Source: a virus
Length of the DNA stretch: 64,000 nt
Strand: one strand, 5' to 3'
Virus record (IMG/VR): IMGVR_UViG_3300017917_005108
Coordinates: 32,001-96,000 of that record
The position numbers were made by a program, and so were the translations under genes. The notes below the pieces were generated by a model, which was not told the DNA's origin, did no database searches, and saw only the letters and a list, made by a program, of their open reading frames with translations. Each line of letters begins with the position of its first letter. The stretch's first letter is position 1. Shown piece by piece: positions 32,888-42,491 of this stretch.

Positions 32888-33760
32888 CTATTGTTTATCA
32901 ACGTTTTTACCAATAGGTATATTTTTCTGTTCTGAAGCTTTCTTTATATCTTCTTGTTCTTTTAAATAAAAAGATAGTATTAAGGTTGATTCGGCTGGCG
33001 TAAGATTGAAATATTCGGATAAACTAATATTAAGCTTATTACAAAATATATAAATTAAGTTATAAAAATTTAGAAGATTGTCTTTATACAAGCTAGCTAA
33101 AAGTCCAAACCCTGTATTTTTTACTATGCTAAAAATAATTTTATTAATATTAAAGTTTTCATCATTTTCTATTAAAGTAATACTGTTTAAATCATTCTCT
33201 ATCTTATCTAAAAATTCTTTGGATTTTACAAACACGGTTCCTGGTAAGCTTTCTAATAATTTTTGTTGGTCGTATTCAGATTGAGAGTTTAATTCAATTA
33301 CTTCGTTGTTTATATAGATCTTATCAATACAAGATTGTATTAGCTCATCTACAGAAGAAAAATAAAGTTGTTTAGGTAGACAGAAGGTAATCTTTAACTC
33401 ATTATTAATATTAAAAAAATCTGTAGCAGATATATTTTCTAGTTGTTTGTATATCTTGCTAATTGGTATTTTTTTTGCATACTTAAATTGTTTTTTGTTT
33501 TCAAATTCAATATCAGGTGAAATACAAATACTTCTTATGTTTAAAAGGATAATGATTTTATCTATAATGTTAAGTTCATTTAAAATATTTTTATCTACAA
33601 TAATTTCATTTAATAAATTTTCAAAAAATAAATTTAATGTTTTAAAATCTTGATTTTGTATTATTTTTAAAAGATTAAAAAAATGTTTGTTTTTTAATTC
33701 ATAAAAATTTACGGTTCTATTGCCTGTAATTTGTATAGGTATAGAAAAAGCATCTATCAC
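32888..33760 (-). CDS. gp26-like protein with C-terminal gp51-like segment
   Basis: IDKIIILLNIRSICISPDI; C-terminal SLSEYFNLTPAESTLILSFY. Confidence 0.55.
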   Translation of the reverse strand: MIDAFSIPIQITGNRTVNFYELKNKHFFNLLKIIQNQDFKTLNLFFENLLNEIIVDKNILNELNIIDKIIILLNIRSICISPDIEFENKKQFKYAKKIPISKIYKQLENISATDFFNINNELKITFCLPKQLYFSSVDELIQSCIDKIYINNEVIELNSQSEYDQQKLLESLPGTVFVKSKEFLDKIENDLNSITLIENDENFNINKIIFSIVKNTGFGLLASLYKDNLLNFYNLIYIFCNKLNISLSEYFNLTPAESTLILSFYLKEQEDIKKASEQKNIPIGKNVDKQ

Positions 33761-33793
33761 AAATATATTTAAAAGTAAACTTTGATATTACAA

Positions 33794-34702
33794 TTATAAG
33801 AAGCCAAGCGGGTTTATACTTCCAATTCCATTTTGGAAGCTAGTAATTCTTGGTATTTCACCATTAGAAATTCTATTTACTATATCTGCTACAGGTAGAT
33901 ATAGACTATTTTCAATAGTATAATTACTGTAAGTCCAGTTTGTTGAAATAATCTGCTGTTTCTCTTCTGTATACTCTAATGATTGTGTATTAATTCTATA
34001 CGGTACGCAATTATAAAATGTATATACTTTTCTTGGTATCATAGAAATTGCATTTAAAGTTCTGGTATACTGTAAAAGTGTCATATTACATTTTATATTC
34101 ATTGGATCTTTTCTGTTGTTAATATCTCCAGGTCTTGCAGCAAATCCTAAATGTGAAGCTAGTATTGTCCAAGGCTTTAAAACAAAATCTATAAAAGAAG
34201 TATTTGTTTCGCGAAATTCAATTTGTAAATCATTGCTTGTATTAACTCTTGGCCCTGCTAATGTGCCAGGAAGGTATCCTCTATTATTAGGTACAGATAC
34301 TCTTTCAACTTCATATTCTTCAGAGGGTATAGTTGCACCATAAGCAAATAAACAACCTATTATTTTTTGTAATGGAAAACTAGCTAAAATAGTTTTAGCA
34401 GTAGATACATCAAAACCTTTCTTACCTCCATCAACTCTTTCTAATCCCTGCATAACTTGTGTTCTAATAGCAGCAGGGTAATTATCTATTACCACAATCC
34501 ATTGCGTAGACATGGGAATCGCAGTAAACCAAGATTCCATTTGTACTAAAAAATAATCTCTTGGACTTACTATAGGGACACCAGGAATATTAAATCCAAA
34601 TAAATTAGTAACTTGCGGAGCAAATAGCGGATTAGTACCGTTTCCAATACCTTGAAGGTTATTAGTAAATCCTTGGAGTGCTGAGGAGAACGGATCGTTC
34701 AC
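33794..34702 (-). CDS. tail-tube-fold protein (gp54-like initiator)
   Basis: LQIEFRET...W...YTFYNCVP tube-fold pattern; follows gp19. Confidence 0.55.
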   Translation of the reverse strand: MNDPFSSALQGFTNNLQGIGNGTNPLFAPQVTNLFGFNIPGVPIVSPRDYFLVQMESWFTAIPMSTQWIVVIDNYPAAIRTQVMQGLERVDGGKKGFDVSTAKTILASFPLQKIIGCLFAYGATIPSEEYEVERVSVPNNRGYLPGTLAGPRVNTSNDLQIEFRETNTSFIDFVLKPWTILASHLGFAARPGDINNRKDPMNIKCNMTLLQYTRTLNAISMIPRKVYTFYNCVPYRINTQSLEYTEEKQQIISTNWTYSNYTIENSLYLPVADIVNRISNGEIPRITSFQNGIGSINPLGFL

Positions 34703-34726
34703 CTAATTATTTAATCCGTAACTATA

Positions 34727-35275
34727 TTATGTTGTGTTTCTCCAGTAATGATAGGAGATAGTAGCGGTAAATTCAACCGTATTACCTGTGCCTTCAGAAA
34801 TATTGAATGTCATAGGTCCAACACTTCTAACGGAAACGCCTACTAATTGATACTGTGCTACTCTGTTCATTTGATTGTCTAGCTGTACAAGATCAATAAC
34901 GGCAGTCTGCTTAGGAGCAAAATAATTACCTGTGCTAGTCCCGTCATTGAAAACAGCTTGTGACCATTGTTCAAATTTTTGACGAATTTGAGATTTTGAG
35001 TCAGCATAGAATGTTAATGTATATGCATCAGAACCAGGATATACAGCGTTACCTGGGACATTAAAATTTAATCCCATATATGGTACTGGAATATTTGTAA
35101 TAGCTCTTTCAGGGAGTGTAGCTGTCTTTACATATACTAAGTCATTATCATCAAATGTAATGTCGCTAACTCCTCCAGTATTAATAGATAATACTCTAAA
35201 GTTATAATCACGTGCAAATTCACGTGTCTGTGCTACTCTATAGAAGTCTTGAATAAGTTGATTTACGTCTGCCAT
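34727..35275 (-). CDS. gp19: tail tube protein gp19-like
   Basis: ATLP...VPYMG...IRQKFEQW...VQLD...EFTATISYHYW. Confidence 0.88.
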   Translation of the reverse strand: MADVNQLIQDFYRVAQTREFARDYNFRVLSINTGGVSDITFDDNDLVYVKTATLPERAITNIPVPYMGLNFNVPGNAVYPGSDAYTLTFYADSKSQIRQKFEQWSQAVFNDGTSTGNYFAPKQTAVIDLVQLDNQMNRVAQYQLVGVSVRSVGPMTFNISEGTGNTVEFTATISYHYWRNTT

Positions 35276-35290
35276 ATAAATTATTTATTC

Positions 35291-37576
35291 TTATGAAACA
35301 ATCTCCTGGAAGTTTGTTCCTGTTCTTGTTGCATAGAAGTTAGCTAAGATATATTCAGCTGTTCTTACAGGCTTAATATAAATGTCAACTACTAATGAAT
35401 TGTCATCAATTACAGCAGCTGTATTATTACGTTCATCACATATGATGAGGTAATCATATATACCTTGTGTATTCTTAGCATTTTCAAACAAAGGTGTCAA
35501 TGTATTGACAACTTGTGTTCTTGTAAAGAGTGTATTTGGCTCAAAGACAAACAACTTAACAGTGTCGCGGGTAGCTGTCTCAAGATTTAAGAACAATCTA
35601 CGTACGTTAATTCTGTCAAATGCACTTGGTACTTTCTGTAATGTCTTTTGACCAAAGATTACAAATCCTTCAGCAGGGAAGAATGCAATAGGATTAATAT
35701 TAATCTTGTAAAGATCATCTCTTTGCTTTTGCTTAGGATAATAAGCTGTATCTGTTACACCTTGAATAAGACCGCGTGTAAACCCTGCGGGTGCGTACCA
35801 TGGTTGATAATTTGTATCTGTATTAGCCATTGCAGCTGCTACAAATCCAGAAGATGGTACCCATACCGGTAGGTTAGAAGCAATATCAGTTACTCTTACG
35901 CAAGAACCAAATGTGCAAGCATAGCTTGTATCAATACCTGTAAATTGATTCTTTAATGGCCAGTATATATCAGTAGAGAATGATTTTGTAGGTTCATCAA
36001 TTGTCTTAATACCACCAGATACTAATATATTGGTAAGAGGATCTAGTATAGCAAGATTATCTTTACGCTTTACACCTGCAAAGGATACAAATTCACTTGC
36101 TACTGCAAGATAATTGCTTGCTGCAGCAGGAAGAGAAGTTGCTCTCTGTGCTGTTAGTGCATTAAAGGCAGAATCATAAGTTACCGTATCATCAAAGTAA
36201 CCTGATGTGGCGGGGTTAAATGAGTTTACATAAACTGTACCAAGACCAGCTTCAACAACAAGATTAATTGGATAAATGTCAACATTTTCAACTTTATCAA
36301 ATAGCTTGCTAACCTTAGTAGGTACACTGCCAATTATCTTTGTGGATAGATCAGCATTAGAATAATCACCAATTGCAAACAATGCATCGGTATCACCATA
36401 CTGCGTACGCATTTCATTAACAACGGCTTGTGGTGCACCTACTCTTGCTGTATAGTCTGAACCAGATTCACCGGCAAGAGGAGCTCCTAAGCGAGGTGTT
36501 AGGAAGCGAACCTTCTTTGTTGGTACCCCATCAATGTTAAGCCATGTGTTAGCTCCCTTATTGGAAATATAAGGATTAATTAAAGTAACTACCTGCAAGG
36601 AGCTATCATCCAATGTTTCAATAGAGAAGCTTTGTGCAGGGCCTCCGTTGGTAGAATTTCTTTGTCTATTAGCATCAAAGGAACCAACATAGCTTTCATC
36701 AAGAACATAACCTAATGCAATTGTATCAGGTGAAAATACTGATTGACGTAATTTAAACACTGTTAATATTGCAGTGTCGTCATAATCATTTCCGGAAATA
36801 TCAAAAGAAGGAACATCTTCAATTACTTGAGATATGCTATTACCTGGCCCTGTAGAAGAAGCAGATAGAGTGAAATCTAATCTTGCATCAGGAAGTGTAA
36901 TATAATTTGTAATTGATGCATTAGTAGAATTAATTGATAGTACTCTATTTACATCGTCATATTCTGTAGCAGGATTTAAGTTAGTATTATCAGAAAATCC
37001 TAGATAATACCCTTCATATCTGGTATTAATTGTGGATTGAGATTTGTTTAGAACAATAACGCCTGCAGCACTTAATGAAGTAACACCACTAAATACTTTA
37101 GTTCCAGATGTATTGTTGGACCATGTAAATCCGTCGCCCTTGAGAATACTAATATACTGCTCTTGTGTGAGCTTTAAGTGTGTTGGTTTACCGAAGAAAT
37201 AATTTGCAGAAGGTGCAACTAGGCTTGTTGAAGAAAGCCCGTTGATATAGGAAACAACAGGATAGACTAATGCACTGTAACTATCGGATGTATCTGCCCC
37301 AGCACCAACGCCATATGGTAGTCTATATACTAAAACGTCTGCAGGGCTTTGAAAAGAGGCTTTAACAGAATGATAAAAATATCTTTCAGCGGCATTTGTT
37401 GGTTGGCCGTAAATTTGTTCAAATTCTGATAAGCTGCTAACTTTAATTGGTTCGGAAACAGGACCTTTTGGAGCAAAACCGGGTACTAATATTGTAGTTA
37501 CTGGGTTAGCTGCTGCTCGCAATGAAAGATCTACTTCACTAATTTGTACACCTGGACTTTGTATTTGACGGGCCAT
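35291..37576 (-). CDS. gp18: contractile tail sheath protein gp18-like
   Basis: SPGVQISEVDLS, PWYAPAGFTRG, FDRINVRRLF, FEPN, IKPVRTAEYI. Confidence 0.96.
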   Translation of the reverse strand: MARQIQSPGVQISEVDLSLRAAANPVTTILVPGFAPKGPVSEPIKVSSLSEFEQIYGQPTNAAERYFYHSVKASFQSPADVLVYRLPYGVGAGADTSDSYSALVYPVVSYINGLSSTSLVAPSANYFFGKPTHLKLTQEQYISILKGDGFTWSNNTSGTKVFSGVTSLSAAGVIVLNKSQSTINTRYEGYYLGFSDNTNLNPATEYDDVNRVLSINSTNASITNYITLPDARLDFTLSASSTGPGNSISQVIEDVPSFDISGNDYDDTAILTVFKLRQSVFSPDTIALGYVLDESYVGSFDANRQRNSTNGGPAQSFSIETLDDSSLQVVTLINPYISNKGANTWLNIDGVPTKKVRFLTPRLGAPLAGESGSDYTARVGAPQAVVNEMRTQYGDTDALFAIGDYSNADLSTKIIGSVPTKVSKLFDKVENVDIYPINLVVEAGLGTVYVNSFNPATSGYFDDTVTYDSAFNALTAQRATSLPAAASNYLAVASEFVSFAGVKRKDNLAILDPLTNILVSGGIKTIDEPTKSFSTDIYWPLKNQFTGIDTSYACTFGSCVRVTDIASNLPVWVPSSGFVAAAMANTDTNYQPWYAPAGFTRGLIQGVTDTAYYPKQKQRDDLYKININPIAFFPAEGFVIFGQKTLQKVPSAFDRINVRRLFLNLETATRDTVKLFVFEPNTLFTRTQVVNTLTPLFENAKNTQGIYDYLIICDERNNTAAVIDDNSLVVDIYIKPVRTAEYILANFYATRTGTNFQEIVS

Positions 37577-37619
37577 ATAAAATATTTATTGAAATCAAGA
37601 TAAAGTTTTTGAAAAAAAA

Positions 37620-38240
37620 TTATAAGCTTTCAACGTTTTCCTGTAAATTTACAACTAATTGTGCAAAAGCAAAGGTAAAAGATGTCTCAACTTCATCGGG
37701 AGTCCTGTAATTAAATGAAATACCGCCTAAAGAAACAGGAAAAGCTTGAATATATTTAAATTCAGCAACTCTCTTATTATATTCATCTAGTGCAAAAATA
37801 GATATATTAGATTTGTATTCAGCATTAAAATCGGTTGTTATTAATTTTCTTTTAGCAGGATCTCTAGTTAATCCATCTTTATCATACATACCAGTCTTTG
37901 CATCGTTAAGTAAATTTAACCAGGAATATATGACCCAGTAATTATTAAATCTGTTGTCTACAGTAAAATTAACTGTAACAGGGTCATAAGGTGGTCTGGT
38001 AAGACTAGATGTAGTAAGTGTTTGACCGGAGTAAGATATGTCTAGTTTAGGAATATTAATATCTGGTACAATGCTTCCAAAAACAGAAAATTGTAGTGTA
38101 TCGGGGTTTACTGTTGAATCTGCCCTTACAAATTTTTTTGAGATAGATTTTAAAGCATCGGGCAAATTTAAAATTAATAAAAATTTATCTTTACGCTGCT
38201 TATTAAAAGGACTTTGAATGTACGGTTCTACATTAGGCAT
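37620..38240 (-). CDS. gp3: tail completion / tube terminator gp3-like
   Basis: YDPVTVNFTVDNRFNNYWVIYSWL, AFPVSLGGISF; start revised to ATG 38240 (TAATG overlap with terminase stop). Confidence 0.7.
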   Translation of the reverse strand: MPNVEPYIQSPFNKQRKDKFLLILNLPDALKSISKKFVRADSTVNPDTLQFSVFGSIVPDINIPKLDISYSGQTLTTSSLTRPPYDPVTVNFTVDNRFNNYWVIYSWLNLLNDAKTGMYDKDGLTRDPAKRKLITTDFNAEYKSNISIFALDEYNKRVAEFKYIQAFPVSLGGISFNYRTPDEVETSFTFAFAQLVVNLQENVESL

Positions 38241-39940
38241 TATATTTTTCTCCATCCCTGTGATTCAAGGTCAGCAATGTCATTGAAATCTTGGTTATTA
38301 TTTCCCTGCATAATAATAGGCAGGGGAGTGTATGCTGTTTTATTTCTTTCATTGTTATATATGCTTGCAGGGTTCACATAATATTTAATACCATAATCTA
38401 ATTGTTTTATTTTAAGAGGTTTTTTATTTTCGTCAAATTCTACTACTTCAAAATATTTTTCAGACAGCTCATTTTCAAGTATGATTAAGCTCCATACTAA
38501 ACTCATTACTCTGTCATCCCAGTTATCAGCTCCTGGCTTTGCACCCCATGTGCCATTTGCATAACGTATAAAATTTTTAAGCTCTATTAAAGTGTTTATA
38601 TCATGGAGCTTGACTGCTCTAATTTCATTAATCCAATATCTCATATTAGTAACACCTTTATATTTGGTGTTAGTATGTGCTTGTACACCTATCTTATTAG
38701 CATTAACAGTATTCTTTATGCCATATGAAACAATATTCTCGTAATGATAAGTGTTTTTAAGCTGGTCAACAACTTGCGCACCGCAATTATTTCTTTCTAT
38801 TAATGCTAGTGGTGATCCCCAATGCTGCAGAATATCATTTAATTTAGCAGTAAAATTGTAAGGTGAAATATTTCTATCATGGTAAGTAGCTACCTGCTCA
38901 ATACTTCTTAAATTTGTTATGTCTAATATTTGTACAACGCTTGCAGCTTCACCGACGCCCTCACTTATGTCTACGCCTGCTACATATATATGATCTTGTT
39001 TGTATGAATCCCAAAGTAGATACTTTCCATCTTCGTATACAAAATCAGGATCTCTCACTTCAGTTTTTAATTCTTCAAAAAGTTTTTCATTTATTGAACT
39101 CTCACCTGTCTGTAAAAACTCATTACAAAATTCTTGTTGAAATGCTTCTACGCTGCCAAGTGTTCTAATTGTCTTCTCTTTCCAGTCTTCATCTCTTCCA
39201 GGAACTTCCCACCAATCAACTCTTTCAGGATGCCAGCCATTTTTACCTTCAATAGCTCCTGTATATAACTCATGAAACAAATTTCCTGTACCATTAGGGG
39301 TACTTGCAATAAAAATTTTTGATTTTTTAGAAGATGAAATAATTGGATAAACAGATTTCCAAAACTGCTCTACCAAATGATTATCAATAAATGCCAACTC
39401 GTCCAATATTAAGCAATTAACAGAACTGCCTCTACCTGCATCAGAGGATGTGGTCGAAATACCTATTGAGCTTCCATTACCAAGAGTCATTGATGTCTTA
39501 CCATATTCCACTGCTCCGGGTTTTAGATAATTTGGTAATTGCTCATAAGCTAATCTTATTCTTTTAAAAATATTAATTGCTGTACTCTCTTTATTTGCTA
39601 CAACTAAAATATTTTGATCTTCATTAAAGCATGCAATCCATAATGCATATATGGTCATCATTGTACTTTTACCGCTTTGTCTAGATGATAGTAAAACAAC
39701 AAATCTATTATCTCTTAATGCTCTTAAAATTTTTCTTTGATAATTATGCAGTTTGATCTTTATTCTTCCTTGATCGAGGTTTACAATATAGAAAAAGTTT
39801 TCTGCAAAATATAGAATGTTTTTTCTACATTTATCTATATCTTTTACCCATTGAGGGTTTTCGGCATAATTAAAAGCAGCATCAGGTCTTGGTAGGTTTT
39901 GATTACCTAGATAAAATTGTTTGCTGTTCTTCTCACTCAT
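38240..39940 (-). CDS. gp17: terminase large subunit gp17-like
   Basis: SRQSGKS, LILDELAF, ASTPNG, FQQEF, GVDISEG, DDRVMS. Confidence 0.96.
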   Translation of the reverse strand: MSEKNSKQFYLGNQNLPRPDAAFNYAENPQWVKDIDKCRKNILYFAENFFYIVNLDQGRIKIKLHNYQRKILRALRDNRFVVLLSSRQSGKSTMMTIYALWIACFNEDQNILVVANKESTAINIFKRIRLAYEQLPNYLKPGAVEYGKTSMTLGNGSSIGISTTSSDAGRGSSVNCLILDELAFIDNHLVEQFWKSVYPIISSSKKSKIFIASTPNGTGNLFHELYTGAIEGKNGWHPERVDWWEVPGRDEDWKEKTIRTLGSVEAFQQEFCNEFLQTGESSINEKLFEELKTEVRDPDFVYEDGKYLLWDSYKQDHIYVAGVDISEGVGEAASVVQILDITNLRSIEQVATYHDRNISPYNFTAKLNDILQHWGSPLALIERNNCGAQVVDQLKNTYHYENIVSYGIKNTVNANKIGVQAHTNTKYKGVTNMRYWINEIRAVKLHDINTLIELKNFIRYANGTWGAKPGADNWDDRVMSLVWSLIILENELSEKYFEVVEFDENKKPLKIKQLDYGIKYYVNPASIYNNERNKTAYTPLPIIMQGNNNQDFNDIADLESQGWRKI

Positions 39941-39943
39941 TAC

Positions 39944-39955
39944 TATAAATATTTA
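39944..39955. promoter_or_regulatory. palindromic bidirectional late promoter (TA)TAAATATTTA
   Basis: TAAATA on both strands in the 16-nt gap between divergent start codons 39940 and 39957. Confidence 0.7.
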
Positions 39956-39956
39956 C

Positions 39957-40847
39957 ATGAATAAATCACGTGAGCTAGTAGAAATGGGAAATCTTTATAC
40001 TGAAAAGGTTACGTTTCCTCCAAAAGGAACGTTTGAACTCGCATCAGATACTAAAGAAAAAAAGAAACCATTTGTTGGTAAAACTTCAGGTCCAGAAGCA
40101 GCTGACGGGTTTAAAAAAGAAGCAGTTACAGATCCTAAGGTTACAAAAAATAAAGAAACCTTTCAAGATGTAAAAAACTTTTCTTCAGAAAAATTTAATG
40201 AAAATGTTGGAAAAAGTGAAACGAAGAATATAAATAATTACATGAGCAACATATTTGATAAACTTTTTGAAGATGTAATGGGTCTATCCCAGGATGATCA
40301 GGATGCAAAAGATCTAGGTCTAACTCCTGAAGTAGGTGGCGAAGTAGCCCCTGAGGTAGGCGGTGAAGAAGTAACTATTACACTTGATAAAGCTACAGCT
40401 CAAAAGCTTCATGATTTGTTAATGGCTGCTATCGGTGGTGAAGAAGAAAAGAAAGAAGATGAAGGTTCTGATGAAGGTGAAGCTTCTGATGAATCAGAAG
40501 ACGCCGAAGAAAATGCCGAAGAAAAGAAGAAACACGGTGAAGATGAAGAAGAAGAAGAGGATGCCGAAGAGATTGCTGGTGAAGCAACTGAATTAAAGGA
40601 AGTTCCTGCCTCTGCTGGTCATTCTTTACAGAGCAAGAATAACAAGGTTGGCGATGTAACAGCTGGTCTTGTTGCTAAAGGTGGCGGTGATGGTAAAGTT
40701 ACCGATAAGGTAGGTAATGACGGTGATAAAGGACATGCACTAGTAGGTGCAGGTGTAAAAGGTGGCGCTCCTACATCACCAAAGGGTAAGGCAAACGTTG
40801 TACCCGGTAAGGCTTCCAACGTTGGTCAGTACATCACACAGAAATAA
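39957..40847 (+). CDS. acidic late protein, candidate prohead core/scaffold-like
   Basis: Long Glu/Asp tract; start revised to ATG 39957; internal promoter and ATG at 40229/40242; terminator follows. Confidence 0.55.
   Translation: MNKSRELVEMGNLYTEKVTFPPKGTFELASDTKEKKKPFVGKTSGPEAADGFKKEAVTDPKVTKNKETFQDVKNFSSEKFNENVGKSETKNINNYMSNIFDKLFEDVMGLSQDDQDAKDLGLTPEVGGEVAPEVGGEEVTITLDKATAQKLHDLLMAAIGGEEEKKEDEGSDEGEASDESEDAEENAEEKKKHGEDEEEEEDAEEIAGEATELKEVPASAGHSLQSKNNKVGDVTAGLVAKGGGDGKVTDKVGNDGDKGHALVGAGVKGGAPTSPKGKANVVPGKASNVGQYITQK
40229..40236 (+). promoter_or_regulatory. intragenic T4-type late promoter TATAAATA, in-frame ATG 5 nt downstream
   Basis: TATAAATAATTACATG at 40229-40244. Confidence 0.7.
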
Positions 40848-40864
40848 TTAAATATTTCTAAATT

Positions 40865-40896
40865 AAAAAGCCTAACGAAAGTTAGGCTTTTTTTTT
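40865..40896 (+). terminator. intrinsic terminator
   Basis: AAAAAGCCTAAC-GAAA-GTTAGGCTTTTT perfect stem, GNRA loop, T9 run. Confidence 0.92.
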
Positions 40897-40910
40897 GATT
40901 AAATAATGTT

Positions 40911-41219
40911 ATGGACTCTTTTAATAAATTTTTCAATATAAATCTCGGTCCTAAGAAGAGATATATGCATCCAACATTAGATACAAAGAGACCGCATGAA
41001 ACTGTACCTGTTATGCATAGAACTAAACACGACGTATATAAGTTTAAGATATTGAAAGGTAGAAATAAAGGCAAATTTAATATAACAGATAGAGAAGCTT
41101 CTGAATTAATGAAGAAATTTAATGTAAGGTTTTCACAGTCTGAAAGAGCTACTTTAGGTAATACTGGTATTATGCTTTACAAAAACCTTGATGGCGGGGG
41201 TTATATTATACAAAAATGA
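40911..41219 (+). CDS. late hypothetical protein (basic)
   Basis: TAAATA 5 nt upstream; coupled to neck gene. Confidence 0.6.
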   Translation: MDSFNKFFNINLGPKKRYMHPTLDTKRPHETVPVMHRTKHDVYKFKILKGRNKGKFNITDREASELMKKFNVRFSQSERATLGNTGIMLYKNLDGGGYIIQK

Positions 41220-41956
41220 CAAACGAAGATTGTACGAATTATTATAAAGGCAATATTGAGATATTAACATATCCTGCTGCTAATGGTAATACTAATGAAT
41301 GTTTTTCTTTTGTTGATAAAAATCAAAATTCTAGCAATATAACGCTATACGACAATTATTGGAAAGAACAAATTAATCTTTACGGTCAAACGGTTGGTTA
41401 TATTGTTAATAATACAACTACTTTAAGTGCTGATATGTTATATGGTGAACAACCTACACAGGCATATTCACCTCCGGTTTATATTAAGATGTTAGTTGAG
41501 TTAAATGATAATGCATTAATGCTTTCTAAATATGGACTTCAATCTGATGATGAAGTTACTGCCTTCATTCATATATCATCTTTTTATGAAGTTTTTGGTT
41601 ATCCAAACGAACCAAAGTCAGGAGACTTATTTCAATTAACTGAATTTGGTAATGATAGACCAGGCGGTAGAACCGGTAAGATATTTGAAATTACAGAAAG
41701 ATTAGATGAAGATTCAGCTAGAATAAACCAATTGATGGGTCATTATGTATGGTTAGTAAAAGCAAAGAGATTTGAATATAGCTTTGAACCGGGTTTATCT
41801 GGTGGTGAAACAGTAAATCAACAAGTATATGATGATACTAAAAGCCCTGGTGTATCGGGTGCTGATAAGCCATATAATTATGATGTTAACAATGCAGGTA
41901 AGAAAGTGTTTGACTATAGTAAAACTGACTACGGTGGTGTATACGGTGGCTATTAA
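41216..41956 (+). CDS. gp14: neck protein gp14-like
   Basis: LSKYGLQSDDEVT, EPKSGDLF, IFEIT, YVWLVKAKRFEYS. Confidence 0.78.
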   Translation: MTNEDCTNYYKGNIEILTYPAANGNTNECFSFVDKNQNSSNITLYDNYWKEQINLYGQTVGYIVNNTTTLSADMLYGEQPTQAYSPPVYIKMLVELNDNALMLSKYGLQSDDEVTAFIHISSFYEVFGYPNEPKSGDLFQLTEFGNDRPGGRTGKIFEITERLDEDSARINQLMGHYVWLVKAKRFEYSFEPGLSGGETVNQQVYDDTKSPGVSGADKPYNYDVNNAGKKVFDYSKTDYGGVYGGY

Positions 41957-42207
41957 TCTAAATTAGAAGTATATACAGGCAGTTTCTCATTTCTAATAGA
42001 AGAGATAAAATTATCTGCTTCTTTACAGCTAGTAAATGTTAATACAACTTTACTACCTATCTGATGAAGAAAATGATATTCAAATTTATTATCTACAGGT
42101 TTAATATAGATAAGCTTGTATATACCTTCCTTTAATGGATGATATTTTTTGGTTAACTTAAAATTAGTCTGATCTATTTTAAAATAGGTTCCGATGATGT
42201 AGTGCAT
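41953..42207 (-). CDS. hypothetical protein
   Basis: ORF at end of overlapping minus-strand run. Confidence 0.55.
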   Translation of the reverse strand: MHYIIGTYFKIDQTNFKLTKKYHPLKEGIYKLIYIKPVDNKFEYHFLHQIGSKVVLTFTSCKEADNFISSIRNEKLPVYTSNLD

Positions 42208-42491
42208 GTTGTAATTTGAGTAAGACCTGTAGTGGTAGGAATATCTTTTTCGTGCATTTCAACTTCATCAACCATAGATTCAAATCGTTCTGTAATATAT
42301 TTTTGAAATGCTAGAGGTTTAATCCAATCAAAATCTTTACTATTATCAAGCTTCATTTGTTGAGCTTTTTTTGTTACTAATTCTATACCTTCAATAAGGC
42401 TTAACCATCTTGCATACTCCTGCAAAGACAGACTATGCTCTTTTGTTTTGGACTTAATGTTAATTACTTTTTTGGACATTTGAGATTGCAT
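42174..42491 (-). CDS. hypothetical protein
   Basis: ORF; real start may be 42479 (MSKK). Confidence 0.55.
   Translation of the reverse strand: MQSQMSKKVINIKSKTKEHSLSLQEYARWLSLIEGIELVTKKAQQMKLDNSKDFDWIKPLAFQKYITERFESMVDEVEMHEKDIPTTTGLTQITTCTTSSEPILK

Noticed and set aside
39921-39956. ORF-track upstream starts at 39921, 22275 and 38255
   Set aside because: They run through promoter boxes or overlap neighbours; ATGs at 39957, 22296 and 38240 fit the promoter spacing or TAATG coupling
40826-41074. Minus-strand 82-aa ORF and other short antisense ORFs in the track
   Set aside because: They overlap well-supported genes or the terminator and lack either promoter motif
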